Below, piece after piece: positions 1-12,839 of a stretch of DNA of 64,000 bases; position 1 is the first letter of the stretch; the number at the start of each line of letters is the position of its first letter. Source of the stretch: Octopus sinensis. Lineage: Eukaryota. A program made the position numbers and the translations under genes. Where the stretch lies: contig NC_042998.1 of NCBI RefSeq assembly GCF_006345805.1, positions 94,054,001 through 94,118,000 on the forward strand, written 5' to 3'. Below the pieces are notes generated by a model. That model worked only from the letters and a program-made list of their open reading frames with translations. It ran no database searches and was not told the DNA's origin.

Positions 1-599
1 TTAAATAAATACATTCACCTCTCATACCTCCTGACTTTTTATGGTTTATATATTCCTCAGGAAATAATTTCATTGATTGAATCTCCTGGATTTCAGCTAC
101 AGAGAACTCTCTATATTAGATTACTATGTGGTCTGCTAGCCGAGTTCACTAGAGCAGCTTTCTGCAATAGTCACAGGACTCTATGGTTCCATATATTACA
201 CTACACGTCAGGCACATGCCATCATTAATTACTCAGGGTAGGCAGTTGGTGACATTTATGTAGTAAAACACACAAAAAATAAGTGAAGCACGACTGCATG
301 ACTGAGTTGAAGACAGATTTACTACTGCCTTTATAGCACATAAAGAAAACGTTGTAGTAGGAATGTATGCAGCATGTGTACTACAGCAGTTCTATGTGTA
401 GCTTTAACACTGAGATTGAAAGGAGGGGCGAATTTTGCCTCCCAAATCTACAAAAAATATAACATTTTGCATTTTATGCATAATAATCGGAGTAACCTTC
501 ATAATTTTATTGAATTAGGTGAATATTTTGCCATAAAAGGAAAATGTTGCTATCGATTTATTTTATTCAAAGTAGGTACTGCCTACCTAGATGGCAAGT

Positions 600-645
<46 letters not shown>

Positions 646-726
646 AGATAATAAAAATATATGCATACATACAAACATATATGTACGTACCTACATCTAC
701 ATGTATATATACATGCATATATAAAT

Positions 727-1576
727 AATTATACGGGAGTACAGGACATCACAATAAGACGTAGAAACGGAAAAAGCCAAAAAACAAAAAACAAGAAAAC
801 GGAAAACGAAAAACAAGAAAACGAAAAACAAATACAGGACGAGCTACACAAGGACAAAACCCCCATCATCAGCTGTCGCTAGAGGAGTCAGGCATGTTTC
901 GAAGGCATAACAGAACACTAATCCAATAGGCCTTCCTGCGAGAGAATTAAAATAAAATTTCAAGCAGCGGGGCAAAATGAGTACGAACACAAACAAGACG
1001 TAACAATACGACTGCAAAATTAAAATACATGTACAAAAACAAACACAAGAGGACGAACGAAAAAGCCTTTTTTCTGGCATAGACAAACAATAAAACTGCA
1101 AAAATAAAAATACATGTACAAAAAGTACAATTAGTTACAAAACGAGAAAATAACAAGAATACTATACAGGAAATCAACCACACAAGGGGACGAACGAAGA
1201 AGCCTTTTGCTGGCAAGGACGAAAGTGTAGTAGCAGCGCGTGGAGGCAGTCTTTTCAATAGTGGGAACCACGTGTAAAGGAATTTTGTTTTATAGGCAAG
1301 GAAGAGGGAAGGAGGAGGGGGACACGCGGCGAAGAGAGAGGAGGAGTGGGAGGGAGAAAGATTGAAGAGGTTAAAGCAAAGGGAGAGAGTACCGCATATA
1401 TATATATATATATTGCACATTCTTTATTTTCTCTCATATCTTTCAATGTTCCTTTCTGTGGAAGAGCATAGGCTCGAAACGTAAAAGACTTTTTCACTTC
1501 CTGATCGTTATACTAATACATCTGTTTGTTGTCTACACCACCTGTCTTTGTCTTTTGTTTTGTTTTTGTGAATTCT

Positions 1577-1580
<4 letters not shown>
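727..1580. mobile_element. Penelope-like element (PLE) terminal/pLTR remnant
   Basis: A-rich internally repeated segment ending in a hammerhead-like motif (1452-1487) followed by a T-rich tail and (TA)n. The same architecture recurs at 14600-14795. Confidence 0.45.
1452..1487 (+). ncRNA. Minimal hammerhead-like motif, non-canonical core
   Basis: CTTT-CTGTGGAA-GAGC(ATAG)GCTC-GAAAC-GTA-AAAG: helix I CTTT/AAAG, helix II GAGC/GCTC, palindromic ACGT helix III. The core reads CUGUGGA rather than CUGANGA. Confidence 0.45.
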
Positions 1581-1783
<203 letters not shown>

Positions 1784-1899
1784 TGAATGTATGTGTGTAT
1801 GTGTATTGTGGTAAAAAGTTGAGATATCAAGTGAATTAAAAGTGGCATGTGTTGAAAAATGTTGGATAAAATAACAAATAAGCAAAAAAAAAAATCATA

Positions 1900-2930
1900 T
1901 CAGGTGAATACTAAAGAGGAGAGTAAATAAATTGAATAAACCGCATAAAGTAAGCAATAAATTATAAATTAGTTAAATAATTTTCACATAAAATTACCCA
2001 TAAAACAACTAATGAGGTAAGCTATAAATCATATATGATTAAGATAAACCAATAAAACTATTATTAAAAATAAGCAATAAAATTATCAATACAAACATGA
2101 AAAAGAAATATAGCGAATGATAAAAATCAATAAGGTGTATAATAAAGCAAGCAATAATGAAAGAAATTGATTTTTTAAAAGAAAATATATATAATTAATT
2201 GATTGAATAAAAAATTGAAATAAATTAGTAATGGAGCAGTGAGGGAAGAGAATACACAAAAGCAACTCGTAGATAAATATTGAACTAATGGCATAAATAA
2301 GCAATGAACCGTTTATGTAAATAATAAATGAATTGTGTAAATAAATGTGAAACAATAAAGTAAATAGATATTGAATCAATATTATAAATAAAGAATGAAC
2401 TAATCATATGAATAAACAATGAACCAATGGTATAAATAAGAAATATCATCAGAGTGGAATCAATAAACATTGAATCAATGGTAAGATAAATGCTCAACTA
2501 TCTATAAAAATAACCAGTGAACCAATACTATATATATAAACGATGAACTCATGTTGATAAACGAACAATGAAGAAGTTGGAGTAAATAAGCAATGAATGA
2601 ATGCAAGAAGTAAACAGTGCCACAAATGAACAAATAACTTATGTTTTTAAATGAACAACAAATCAATGAGAGTAAATATAGCATTTTCTGGCATAAAAGT
2701 CAAATTTTTCTGACAAAAATTTACAGCCAAACGCAAAGTTAAGTTGACTTATATACCAAGATAAGCTTGGAGGACAAAAAATTCCATGTGAAATGTATCC
2801 GGATTTGGAAAGACAATAATAATGTTTGAACGTTTACTATATGTTTATGCTATATACTATGCTAAGAAAATACAGTAAACAATTTCAGAAGTAAGCAATG
2901 AACCAGTGCCTTATATAAAAAATGAATTTA
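1900..2930. repeat. Degenerate AT-rich minisatellite-like tract
   Basis: Recurring motifs such as AATAAGCAATGAACC and ATAAATGAACAATGAA. The pattern resumes at ~3260-3300. Confidence 0.5.
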
Positions 2931-2935
2931 TGTTT

Positions 2936-3248
2936 GCAACATGGAAGATGTTTATAAGCCATTTAAAAACCATTAGATTCACTTCAACATTTAAATTTAA
3001 TTTGCCAAAATATTTTCGTCTCTTTGAGACCGCAACCTGTTCACTGACAAAATGCAGCACAGGGTTTTTGTCAGTGAACAGATTGTGGTCTCAAAGCAGT
3101 GAAAATATTTTGGCAAATTAAATTTAAATGCTGGAGTGAATCTGATAGTTTTTGTATGTTTGTAAATGGCTTATAAACACCTTCCATGCTGTTTTCGTTC
3201 AAGCACACGATCTCAGATCAGGTCACTTGCTATGCAAGTACATCTCTG
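2936..3248. mobile_element. Fold-back (palindromic) non-autonomous element with 12-bp flanking direct repeat
   Basis: Arms ~2940-3055 and ~3064-3188 are reverse complements (CATGGAAGATGTTTATAAGCCATTT... / ...AAATGGCTTATAAACACCTTCCATG). GAATTTATGTTT flanks both sides (2924-2935, 3249-3260). Confidence 0.65.
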
Positions 3249-4299
3249 GAATTTATGTTTATAAATGAACAATGAACTGATGGTAGTAAATAAATCAAGA
3301 AAGATTTCCATATTCCATATAGTTATGAGATGTTTTTGCATGAGGATTTTAACACTTTAGCAAAGTTTCCAAAGTAAGTCTGAGACAACTGACCATTTCT
3401 GGTCTGAGCAGTGGAGTTGTTTCTGCAGAGCTACATTAGGAGCTGAACACCATTTGTTATTTTTATAGTAATTAAAATACTTGTTGCTACTTACATTGTC
3501 AAGATGCTCCTAACCTGCAGTGCCTGTTTCCAATTAGTTGAGCTAGATCATTTAAAAGTTAAATGCCTTGATCACAAACATAATGCAATACTAATGACAC
3601 AATATAATTATCCCAATCCACTCTCTCTGTTGGTTATTCAGTAGTTTAACATCCCAGTTATTTAACCAGCATCACAAGGAAATGACTGGAAATTGCAAAC
3701 CATTTTGGTTAAAATTACACATTTGGCCCCAGGTCATAGATTTACATGACTGACCATAACAAGATTTGAACTCAGAGCTTAAAGTACTGTAACAAATATT
3801 GCAAAGCATTTTCTCAGCCAAACTAACATCTCTGTCACAAAATTAAACAAAATCAAACAGAACGCTATGTATGAGTATTGTAATTGTAATTTATCAGATC
3901 TCTACAACAAATCTAATTGTAACATTGGTTCACTTATATCCATTCTTATATTTTTGTTTCTAAAGCTAACATGCTGGTGAAATTTTTACCTATATCTTCT
4001 TTGGAAAACTCAGGTAAGATATGATGAATCCCTAATTACCCAATGCTCTCTACCTTTCTCTCATACTTTAACCATATTGTCCCCCTAATAAAAAGCTAAT
4101 TCCCACAGTTCTGTGAGCTGTATGGCAACCTCAGTAGTGCTGATGGTACAAAAAATATGCACCCAGTACACACAACATGGTTGGCATTACGAAGGACATC
4201 CAACCACAGAAAAGATACCAAAGCAGACAATGAAGCATGATATAGTGCTCAGACTCATTGGATCCTGTTGAATTATCAAACTCATGCCACAATGGAACA

Positions 4300-4735
4300 T
4301 CATCATTATCATCATCATCATCGTTTAATGCCCACTTTCCATGCTGGAATGGGTTGGATAGTTTGACTGAGGACTGGCAAGCCAGAAGGCTACACCAGCC
4401 TCCAATCTGATCTGGCAATGTTTCTACAGCTGGATGCATTTCCTGATGCCATCCTCTTCGAGAGTGTAGTGGGTGCTTTTTATGTGCCACCAGCACAGGG
4501 GCCTGGCATCAATCACGTTAGGTTAGTGACTTTTACGTGTCATTGGCATGGGAGCCAGTCAGGGACCACAGGCATCAGCCACATTCGGATGGTGTCTTTT
4601 ACATACCACCGGCATAGGAGCCAGTCAGGGGGGCACTGGCCACAGCTACAATTTTGGTTTTACTTGACTAAACAGGTCTTCTCACGCATATCATATCACC
4701 CAATGCATACAGACTTTAAATGATGATGATTTGAG
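4300..4735 (-). mobile_element. RTE 3'-tail-derived repeat
   Basis: (CAT)n tail followed by TTCCATGCTGGAATGGGTTGG...TTTCTACAGCTGGATGC, the reverse complement of the RTE 3' end at 46260-46412. Confidence 0.8.
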
Positions 4736-5121
4736 AATTATGATAGACAAATGATAAAATTTTATGGCATTTCACTTTTGACTTTATGTTTTTTATGGAT
4801 GAGCAGCAAAGTCGTTAAATGAATATTCATTGTACTGAATCTTCATATCCGGTTGTTTAGCAGAGGTCCTCCAGCTGATAACTTTGTGTCAGAAAAGGCA
4901 ACTGAATGAGTTAGCATGAAGGTGGGCATCCAGCTGTAAAACATTGTCTCAAAAATTTCTCAACAATTTCATGCTAGCATGAAGAAAATGATGTCAAAAG
5001 TGTGATGATGATAACAATGACAGCGATGATGATGATGATAACAATGATGATTCAGACAATGGTAACAACGATGATGCCAATGCCAGTAGTGGCAGTAGAA
5101 CGGGCTATGATAGTGGTGCCT

Positions 5122-5367
5122 GTATTACTCCTTTGCAATCCCACCAGATAGAGAGAAGAACCTTTTTCTCGTGAAGTTCTCTTCTCGGTTGTGGTTGAGC
5201 TTTTTCCCTTTTACCAAGTCACTGTTTAAGACGTTTAACATTTCGAGAGAAGATCCATTTTACATCACCAGTCAGAAGTCTATCCAAAAAGGGTGAAATG
5301 AGTTCACGAGAATGGGGAGAAGAGCAGATGTCAACTCAGGATTTGTAGTTGCTTTCGGACAATTCAT
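5122..5367 (-). pseudogene. Inverted ~245-bp duplicate of an internal part of the neighbouring mariner
   Basis: Reverse complement of ~6394-6638 with only a few substitutions. Confidence 0.9.
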
Positions 5368-5854
5368 CAATGGCTGGCACGACAACGATGATGACGACGT
5401 GATGCTCTAATTCTATAATCTCAGAAATGATTTGGAAATATTTTGGGTTACTTGATATTACATACACACACACATGCACACACACACATACATGCAGACA
5501 CATGCGCACACACATACACATGCACACACACAAACACAAAAACACACATATGCACACGCATACACAGACACATAAATACACATGTATGTGTATATATATA
5601 TATAAAGATATATATATATATATAATGGAGAAAGTGTACAAAATGTATAAATGGATGATGAGTAAAGCACCGCCACAGTTTTGATTACCTGTTGTTATCC
5701 GTAGATTTACTGCAGGGACTTTGTAGTGGTGGTTGGGGTAACAGTATTAATAAAATAGGTGATGGAATGTGTAATAAACGTTATTGGATACAACACGTTT
5801 CGACTTGTTCTGGGCCTATACACACACATAAACATATATACGTACACTCATATA

Positions 5855-7129
5855 TCAGGTTATCCCATAAGTTCTGTCCGATTTTGCCTTTTTTAAAATT
5901 GAATGAAATTTAATAGTATTTTAGTATGTTTAATGGAATTAAAAATTATTTTTTATGCATTTGTGTATATTTAAACTAATCAAATATTATTTTACAGAAT
6001 AATAGAATTAAAATTTCTTTGATTAAAACTTTTTCTAACATGGAAATATCCAAAGAGCATTTGAGGCACATAATGCTTTATAAATACAAAAAAGGAAACT
6101 CTGCTGCTGAAGTGACTCGAAACATACACTTAGTTTATGGGAAAGAATGCTTGAATAAAAGAACTTGCAGAAGATGGTTTGCAAAATTCAGAAGTGGAGA
6201 TTTCAGCCTTGAAGAGGAAATTGAACAGGACGTCCAGTTGGGTTTGATGATAAGCTCTTTGAGGCATTACTTGAAGAAAATACTGCATTATTAGTTGAAG
6301 AATTGGCAATAAAGCTTAGTTCAAACCATACAACTGTTCATCGTCATCTTCAACAACTTGGAAAGGTTCCTAAACTTGGAAAATGGGTGCTTCATGAATT
6401 GTCCAAAAGCAACCGCAAATCCTGAGTTGACATCTGCTCTTCTCTCCATTCTTGTGAACTCATTTCACCCTTTTTGGATAGACTTCTGACTGGTGATGTA
6501 AAATGGATCTTCTCTCGAAATGTTAAATGTCTTAAACAGTGACTAGGTAAAAGGGAAAAAGCTCAACCACAACCGAGAAGAGAACTTCACGAGAAAAAGG
6601 TTCTTCTCTCTATCTGGTGGGATTGCAAAGGAGTAATTCACTTTGAATTGTTACCACCTAATGCAACAATCAATGCTCAAGTCTATTAGTGTTTGAACCA
6701 AGCTTTGAAGAAAAAAAGACCCACTTTAGAGAATCAAAAAGAAGTGATGTTTCATCAGAACAATGCATGACTCCACACTGTAAAATCACACCACAGAAGA
6801 TCGAAGAGCTTGGTTGGGAAAAAACTCCTCGTCCACCTTATTCTCCCGATCTTGCTCCTTTAGACTACCATTTGTTTTGTAGTTTACAGAATCATTTCGG
6901 GGACATAACGTTCGCAAGCCAGGAGGAGGTTGAAACTGACATTTCAGAGTTCTTCGCTTTGAAACCAAAAGAGTTTTACATTGATGGGATTAAAAAGCTT
7001 GTAAATAGACAGAAGGAAGTCATAGATAATCAAGGAAAGTACATTGATGATTAAATTTCAATTAAATATGACATTTGATCACTTGTTTTCTTTATTCAAA
7101 ATTTGGAAAGAACTTATGGGATGACCTGA
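5855..7129 (+). mobile_element. Full-length decayed mariner transposon (DD34D type), 1275 bp
   Basis: TIRs TCAGGTTATCCCATAAGTTCT / AGAACTTATGGGATGACCTGA, with TA on both flanks. Transposase motifs are present (see the pseudogene entry). Confidence 0.95.
6040..7054 (+). pseudogene. Mariner transposase pseudogene
   Basis: HTH region MEISKEHLRHIMLY...WFAKFRSGDFSLE, then WVLHELS (WVPHEL), TGDVKW (TGDEKW), HQNNA*LH (HQDNARPH) and YSPDLAPLDY. Multiple stops and frameshifts, and the second catalytic D is replaced by N. Confidence 0.93.
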
Positions 7130-7146
7130 TATATATGAGTATATAT

Positions 7147-7189
<43 letters not shown>

Positions 7190-7256
7190 CATATATATAT
7201 ATATATTATATATATATATAATATATATATATATATTATATATATATATATATGTG

Positions 7257-7321
<65 letters not shown>

Positions 7322-7889
7322 TAGAAGGTTTCGAGATGATGTACAGGTATTATATATTAGAAGAAATTAGGTACTCAGAAATCTGGATGGTTTTATATTT
7401 ACAGATATTTGTTAATATGTCACATGCTTTTTTTAAAAAGTATATTAGCGCTTGCGTCTATTCTAGTGGACACGTCAGATTGAACTTTTTCAGGAATTTT
7501 GTCTCTTTTTATAGTATTATTGAGTTTGTTGGGGTGGAGAGAGATATAAGATAGTACAAGAGGGTGAAGAATGGCGAGAAAGTGAGAGAGAGTGCATGTG
7601 TGTGTGTATGTGTGCATGCGCTTTTGTATCTGAAAGAAGTGTCAATGGAAAAGAGAATGAAAGGAAGAAGGACGAGAGAAAGAAGAAAAATGTGTTGACA
7701 TCTTTGCAGCTGGTCAGTCTTTCAATAGTAAATGTTTCTTGGCTTTTAGAAATGGCAAATCCAGCTGGTCACTCCAGGGGGATCAAAATGTCACTTTTCA
7801 AAAAATTGTCTGGATTTCTTTTTATCACACACACACACACAGATACATGCCTTCATGTGTATGTGTACATATACATTAATACATACATG

Positions 7890-9130
7890 TGTATAGATAT
7901 AGATAATATATACACACACATATGTGGTGTGTGTATGTATGTAATATATTGAAAAAGAAACACATACAATACTCATTTATTTATCAAGAAAAATTAAAAG
8001 TTACAATAAAAATATTATAGTATGATAAATGTATTGCTATGATTAATGACACTGAAATATCAAAAATGAGGAAACTAATTTAATGTGCTAAAAATTTTAA
8101 TGAATTAAGTATATAACATTGATGTGATACTTACTGCATACCTTCATTGTACCCACTGTGTGTGTATATATACTCTTTACTCTTTACTTTTTACTGTTTC
8201 AGTCATTTGACTGCGCCATGCTGGAGCACCGCCTTTAGTCGAGCAATCGACCCGGGGACTTCTTTGTAAGAGTACTTATTCTATCGCTTTTGCCGAACCG
8301 CTAAGTGACGGACGTAAACACACCAGCATCGTAAAGCAATGTAGGGAGACACAACACAGACACACACATATACACACACTTATATATATATACATATATA
8401 TACGACAATTCTTTCAGTTTCCGTCTACATACATATTGGCTGTGTGGTAAGTAGCTTGCAACCAACCACATGGTTCTGGGTTCAGTCCCACTGCGTGGCA
8501 TCTTGGGCAAGTGTCTTCTGCTATAGCCTCGGGCTTGACCAAAGCCTTGTGAGTGGATTTGGTAGACGGAAACTGAAAGAAGCCTGTCGTATATATGTAT
8601 ATATATATAAGTGTGTGTAATGTTGTGTGTGTGTTTGTCTCCCTAGCATTGCTTGACAACCGATGCTGGTGTGTTTACGTCCCCGTCACTTAGCGGTTCG
8701 GCAAAAGAGACCGATAGAATAAGTACTGGGCTTACAAAGAATAAGTCCCGGGGTCGATTTGCTCGACTAAAGGCGGTGCTCCAGCATGGCCGCAGTCAAA
8801 TGACTGAAACAAGTAAAAGAGTAAAAGAGTAAAGAGTATATATACACACACAGTGAGGTACAATGGAAGGTATGCAGTAAGTATCACATCAATGTTATAA
8901 TACTTAATTCATTAAAATTTTTAGCACATTAAATTAGTTAGCCTCATTTTTGATATTTTCAGTGTCATTAATCATAGCAATACATTTATCATAACTATAA
9001 TATTTTTATCATAACTTTTAATTTTCTTGATAAAAATAAATGAGTATTGTATGTGTTTTCTTTTTTCAATATATATACATACATACACACACACACATAT
9101 GTGTGTGTATATATATCTATATCTATACAC
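7890..9130. repeat. Large fold-back duplication (unique flank + SINE 3' half)
   Basis: ~7890-8425 is the reverse complement of ~8580-9130, including ~220 bp of non-SINE sequence. Confidence 0.9.
8438..8836 (+). mobile_element. tRNA-head SINE, family A
   Basis: GGCTGTGTGGTAAG (A-box-like), GGTTCAGTCCC (B-box-like), an internal (TA/TG)n and an (AAAGAGT)n tail. More than 15 related full or half copies occur in the window. Confidence 0.9.
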
Positions 9131-9254
9131 ACAGACACACACACATATACAAATAAATATAATAAATGCTTATGCAGAGAAAAATCAAAATGCCCATTAA
9201 TGACCCTGTGTATGAGTACAAATTTTGTATATAAATGTACCATGCACACAAGGT

Positions 9255-9540
9255 GAGGGCTGTATGTTTACATTGGGCAAACTGCTGATTCATTCAAGAA
9301 TCATAATCGCAACCATGTTGCCAGCTTCAAGAAAATCAATAAGAGACATTCAACATCTTTTGCCAATTTTGTGGCAACTGAAGGAAGATAAAATTAAGTA
9401 TAACATAACTTGGTCCATAGTAAGGCACCATAAAACCATATAATATCATTTCCAGGAGATGCCAACCTTGCTCCAAGGAATCCCTGTCTATTCTGTGGAC
9501 CAACAAGATCATTAATAGAACTTCCAATGCGTATAAATGT
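9255..9540 (+). pseudogene. Penelope-like GIY-YIG endonuclease remnant
   Basis: Frameshifted translation YVYIGQTADSFKNHNRNHVASFKK...LWQLKEDKIKYNITWSIV...KPYNIISRRCQPCSKE resembles the PLE GIY-YIG C-terminus. A hammerhead lies downstream on the same strand. Confidence 0.75.
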
Positions 9541-9968
9541 ACTTTCACACAATTCAGTGGGAATGAATTATCATAACTGTTAACATAATTTACTTTAAGG
9601 TATGGATGAACTATGTTTGGCTTTAACCTCCCCATTCTTATAAACACCAAGTAGCTATTTAACTCACTATGTGAATGTATGTGCACCAAACCACACATGT
9701 GCATGTGCTTACATCTTCATGGATGCTTGTATGAGCGAGTGTACATGTGCCATACAACTTTCACAAGGGTGTTTATACATCCATATCCATTAATAGTTAT
9801 TTTTTATACATTTCTTGCTATATTACGTGTTCATTTCTGTTTTGCATCCATTATTTTATTATTGATCTTCTATATAAATGAAGCTATAGCCTTTAATTTG
9901 CAGCTTTTCTTTACATGAAATGATAAGATACATTGCGGAACTGTTATTTTAACAAGTTATATCGATTT

Positions 9969-10074
9969 ATCTTCTGAAGAGACACATCTGTACAGTCAGA
10001 TGCTCCTAATCCAGTTGTTAAGTATCCTGCCCATGATGGATCAATACTAGATGTGTCGAAACAATTGTTGTGAT
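9969..10074 (+). ncRNA. Type I hammerhead ribozyme (PLE pLTR type)
   Basis: CTGAAGA core, helix II GACACATCT/AGATGTGTC (9 perfect bp), GAAAC-AATT-GTT with palindromic helix III ACAATTGT, and an imperfect helix I (ATCTT/GTGAT). Confidence 0.75.
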
Positions 10075-10147
10075 TCATAAAAATTCTCATGTTTTCCATC
10101 TTTCTTTCAGTTACCATATTATATATATATATACATACATATGTATA

Positions 10148-10468
10148 TTCTTTTATTCTTTTACTTGTTTCAGTCATTTGACTGCGGCCAGGCTAGAGCA
10201 CCGCCTTTAGCTGAGCAAAGTAACTGCAGGACTTATTCTTTGTAAGCCTAGCACTTATTCTATCAGTCTCTTTTGCCGAACTGCTAAATTACAGGGACGT
10301 AAAAACACCAGCATCGGTTGTCAAGCAATGTTGTGGGGAACACACACACACACATACACATATATACAACGGGCTTCTTTCAGTTTCTGTCTACCAAATC
10401 CACTCACAAGGCTTTGGTCAGCCTGAGGCTATAGTAGAAGACACTTGCCCAAAGTGCCATGCAGTGGC
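10148..10468 (-). mobile_element. SINE family A, 5'-truncated
   Basis: Reverse complement of the family A body. Confidence 0.85.
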
Positions 10469-10884
10469 AGATAGCCTTCATCCGGAATACAGATGTTAAA
10501 TAGTAGTGATGATGATGATGGTGGTGGTGGTGGTGGTGGTGGTGGTAGTGGTGGTGGTGAAGAGGAGGAGGTGGTGGAGGAGGAGGAGGTGGTGGTGGTG
10601 GAGGAGGAGGAGGAGGATTGTTCTAGCCTAAAACTTCAATTTAGAAGAAAGAAAAGGAAAAGGGAGAACTACCTCCCTGTATACATTTAGACAGGGAGCT
10701 ATTTCTTTCCAACACTTTTGAATCTGGAGTCTTATGTCCAGTCTGCATAAAGAAATCAATATTAAATTTCAAGAAAGACAACAGCAAAAAATGTAGAAAG
10801 CTGCATGACATGTATGATTATTCCCAGTTCAAAACCCACCAAAGTCGAATCTCCTTAGCATCCAAGAATTTTTTATCATGTTTC

Positions 10885-11235
10885 AGACATTGGAATACAG
10901 CCATGCTGGAGCACTGCTTAGGTAAGTTTCCTCTTGCCAAACTTCTAAGTTACAGGGACATGAACAAATCAACACTGGTTGTCTAGTGGTGGTGTTGGTG
11001 GGAAAACAAATACACACACACACACACACACACACACCACACACACACACACACACACATACATACACGTAAACACACACACATGATGGAGTTCTACATA
11101 GATTCTGTCTACCAAATTCACTGACTAGGTTGGCCCTGGGCTATGGTAGTAGACACTTGCCCAATGTACCATTCAGTGGAATTGCACCCCAAATCACATG
11201 GTTGCTAATGCAGCTTCTTAACGACATAATCATGT
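10885..11235 (-). mobile_element. SINE family A, old and diverged
   Basis: Degenerate reverse complement of family A. Confidence 0.65.
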
Positions 11236-11339
11236 GATATGGTAAATGTTATAAATTAACTGAGGTAAAATCCATCAACTCCACACTGCACTCTTCTGCC
11301 AAGAAAATTAATTTCACATTTTGGCAGAAGACCAGTAAC

Positions 11340-11610
11340 ATCATGGGTTGTGGGTAAGTCAATTACATTGACCCCAGTGCTTTACTGGTTCTTATTTTAT
11401 TGACCCCGAAAAGTCAATTTCAGCAGAATTTGAACTCAGAACATGATGAAATGCCACTAAGCATTTTGCCTGGCATGTTAATGATTCTGCCAGTTCACTG
11501 CCTTAAAAGGCAAAGTTGACCTTGACCCAATTTGAACTCAGAATGTAAAGAACTGGGACAAATAGCTCGAAGTATTTATTCCATAGTGCTAACAATTCTT
11601 CCAGCTCACT
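11340..11610 (-). mobile_element. Two adjacent SINE family B fragments
   Basis: GACCCCAGTG...TTTGAACTCAGAA...GCATTTTGCCTGGC, the reverse complement of 17628-17857. Confidence 0.7.
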
Positions 11611-11834
11611 TCCTTACTTCTGCAAAGAATATTGACATTGGAACCAGTTGAAAGGTATTGACAGAAAACCAAAAATAGAAATAAATCAGAGTCTTAGAAA
11701 TTAATCTTTATATAAAATTACATGAAAGAAACAAATTATAGCTCAACTTCTTCCCTTATTGCATTTTAGGATTTTAAGGGCTTTGTAGTCCCATTTGTTC
11801 ACGAGGTAGTTATCTCCTGCACTTGGATTACAGA

Positions 11835-12312
11835 TCATCACAGTTCCTCCTCCATGTTTAACAGTTGGAAGAAGACAGTGTGGGTCAAATGCTTCTTTTG
11901 GCTGTCTCCATATGTATACATCACTCTAAACGATTTGCAACGTTTGGTTTTGAAAGTAGTAGCTTTCTGAATGCAGACTTTGATGAAATTTGGCTTTGTA
12001 CAGCTCCCTGCAAACAGTTTTTGTGGAAACTGGGTTCTCAAGGTGGCCATTAAGCTCTGCAATAATTTTGGGAGCAGTAAATTTTGTGACCCTTTCTAAC
12101 AATTTGTGTAAGAGTCAAACGGTCCCTATCTGAAAGTTTTGGTTTTCTTCCAGAGTTTTGTTTTGATGAGGAGGTTTCTCCCTCTTTATCAAATTGATTT
12201 CAAGACAGTACTTCTTGATACACCAAATATTTCAACCGTTTTCCTTATGCTAGCGCCTGCCATATGAACACCAACAATTTGGCCTCTTTGAAAGTCCAAC
12301 AGATCTGTCATT
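11835..12312 (-). pseudogene. Tc1-like transposase remnant
   Basis: Minus-strand translation MTDLLDFQRGQIVGVHMAGASIRKTVEIFGVSRSTVL (Tc1 paired-like HTH) and AFDPHCLLPTVKHGGGTVMI (Tc1 VKHGGG motif). Internally deleted, with stops. Confidence 0.85.
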
Positions 12313-12839
12313 TTAATGAATTTTAATTACCTTTTTCTGATGATATCTGAAAAGAAACAATAATTTTAGCAAAACATATTAAACAACACTAATAATGAAT
12401 CAAAAAACATAAAAATAAACAAACTTTTGACAGTTTTATAGATAATTCAAAATTATGATGCTATGATGCTAGCTATTTCCATTATTTTGTTCAACCCCTC
12501 TCTCTCTCTATATATATATATATATGTCCAACCCATGCTAGCATGGAAAGCGAACATTAAACGAACGATGATATATATATATACACATGCATGCACACAC
12601 ACACACATATATGCATATGTATATATAATTATGTATATACATGTTGCATACATAAATTCATGCATAAATACACATGTAAATACATATGTATATGTATATG
12701 GCCTAGTGGTTAGGGCATTGTACTCATGATTCTGAGATCATGGTTTCAATTCCTGGGCTGACTGGTGTATTGAGTTTTCAGGCAAAACATTTCAACTCAT
12801 GTAACTCTCTCTCTCTCTGTATGTATATATATATGAATT

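Noticed and set aside
259-385. TGTAGTA...TACTACA-bounded segment as a solo LTR or MITE
   Set aside because: The 7-bp inverted ends are too short and there is no convincing TSD.
875-945. Possible minus-strand hammerhead (AAGGC/GCCTT-CGAAAC)
   Set aside because: The CUGANGA core and helix III are not preserved.
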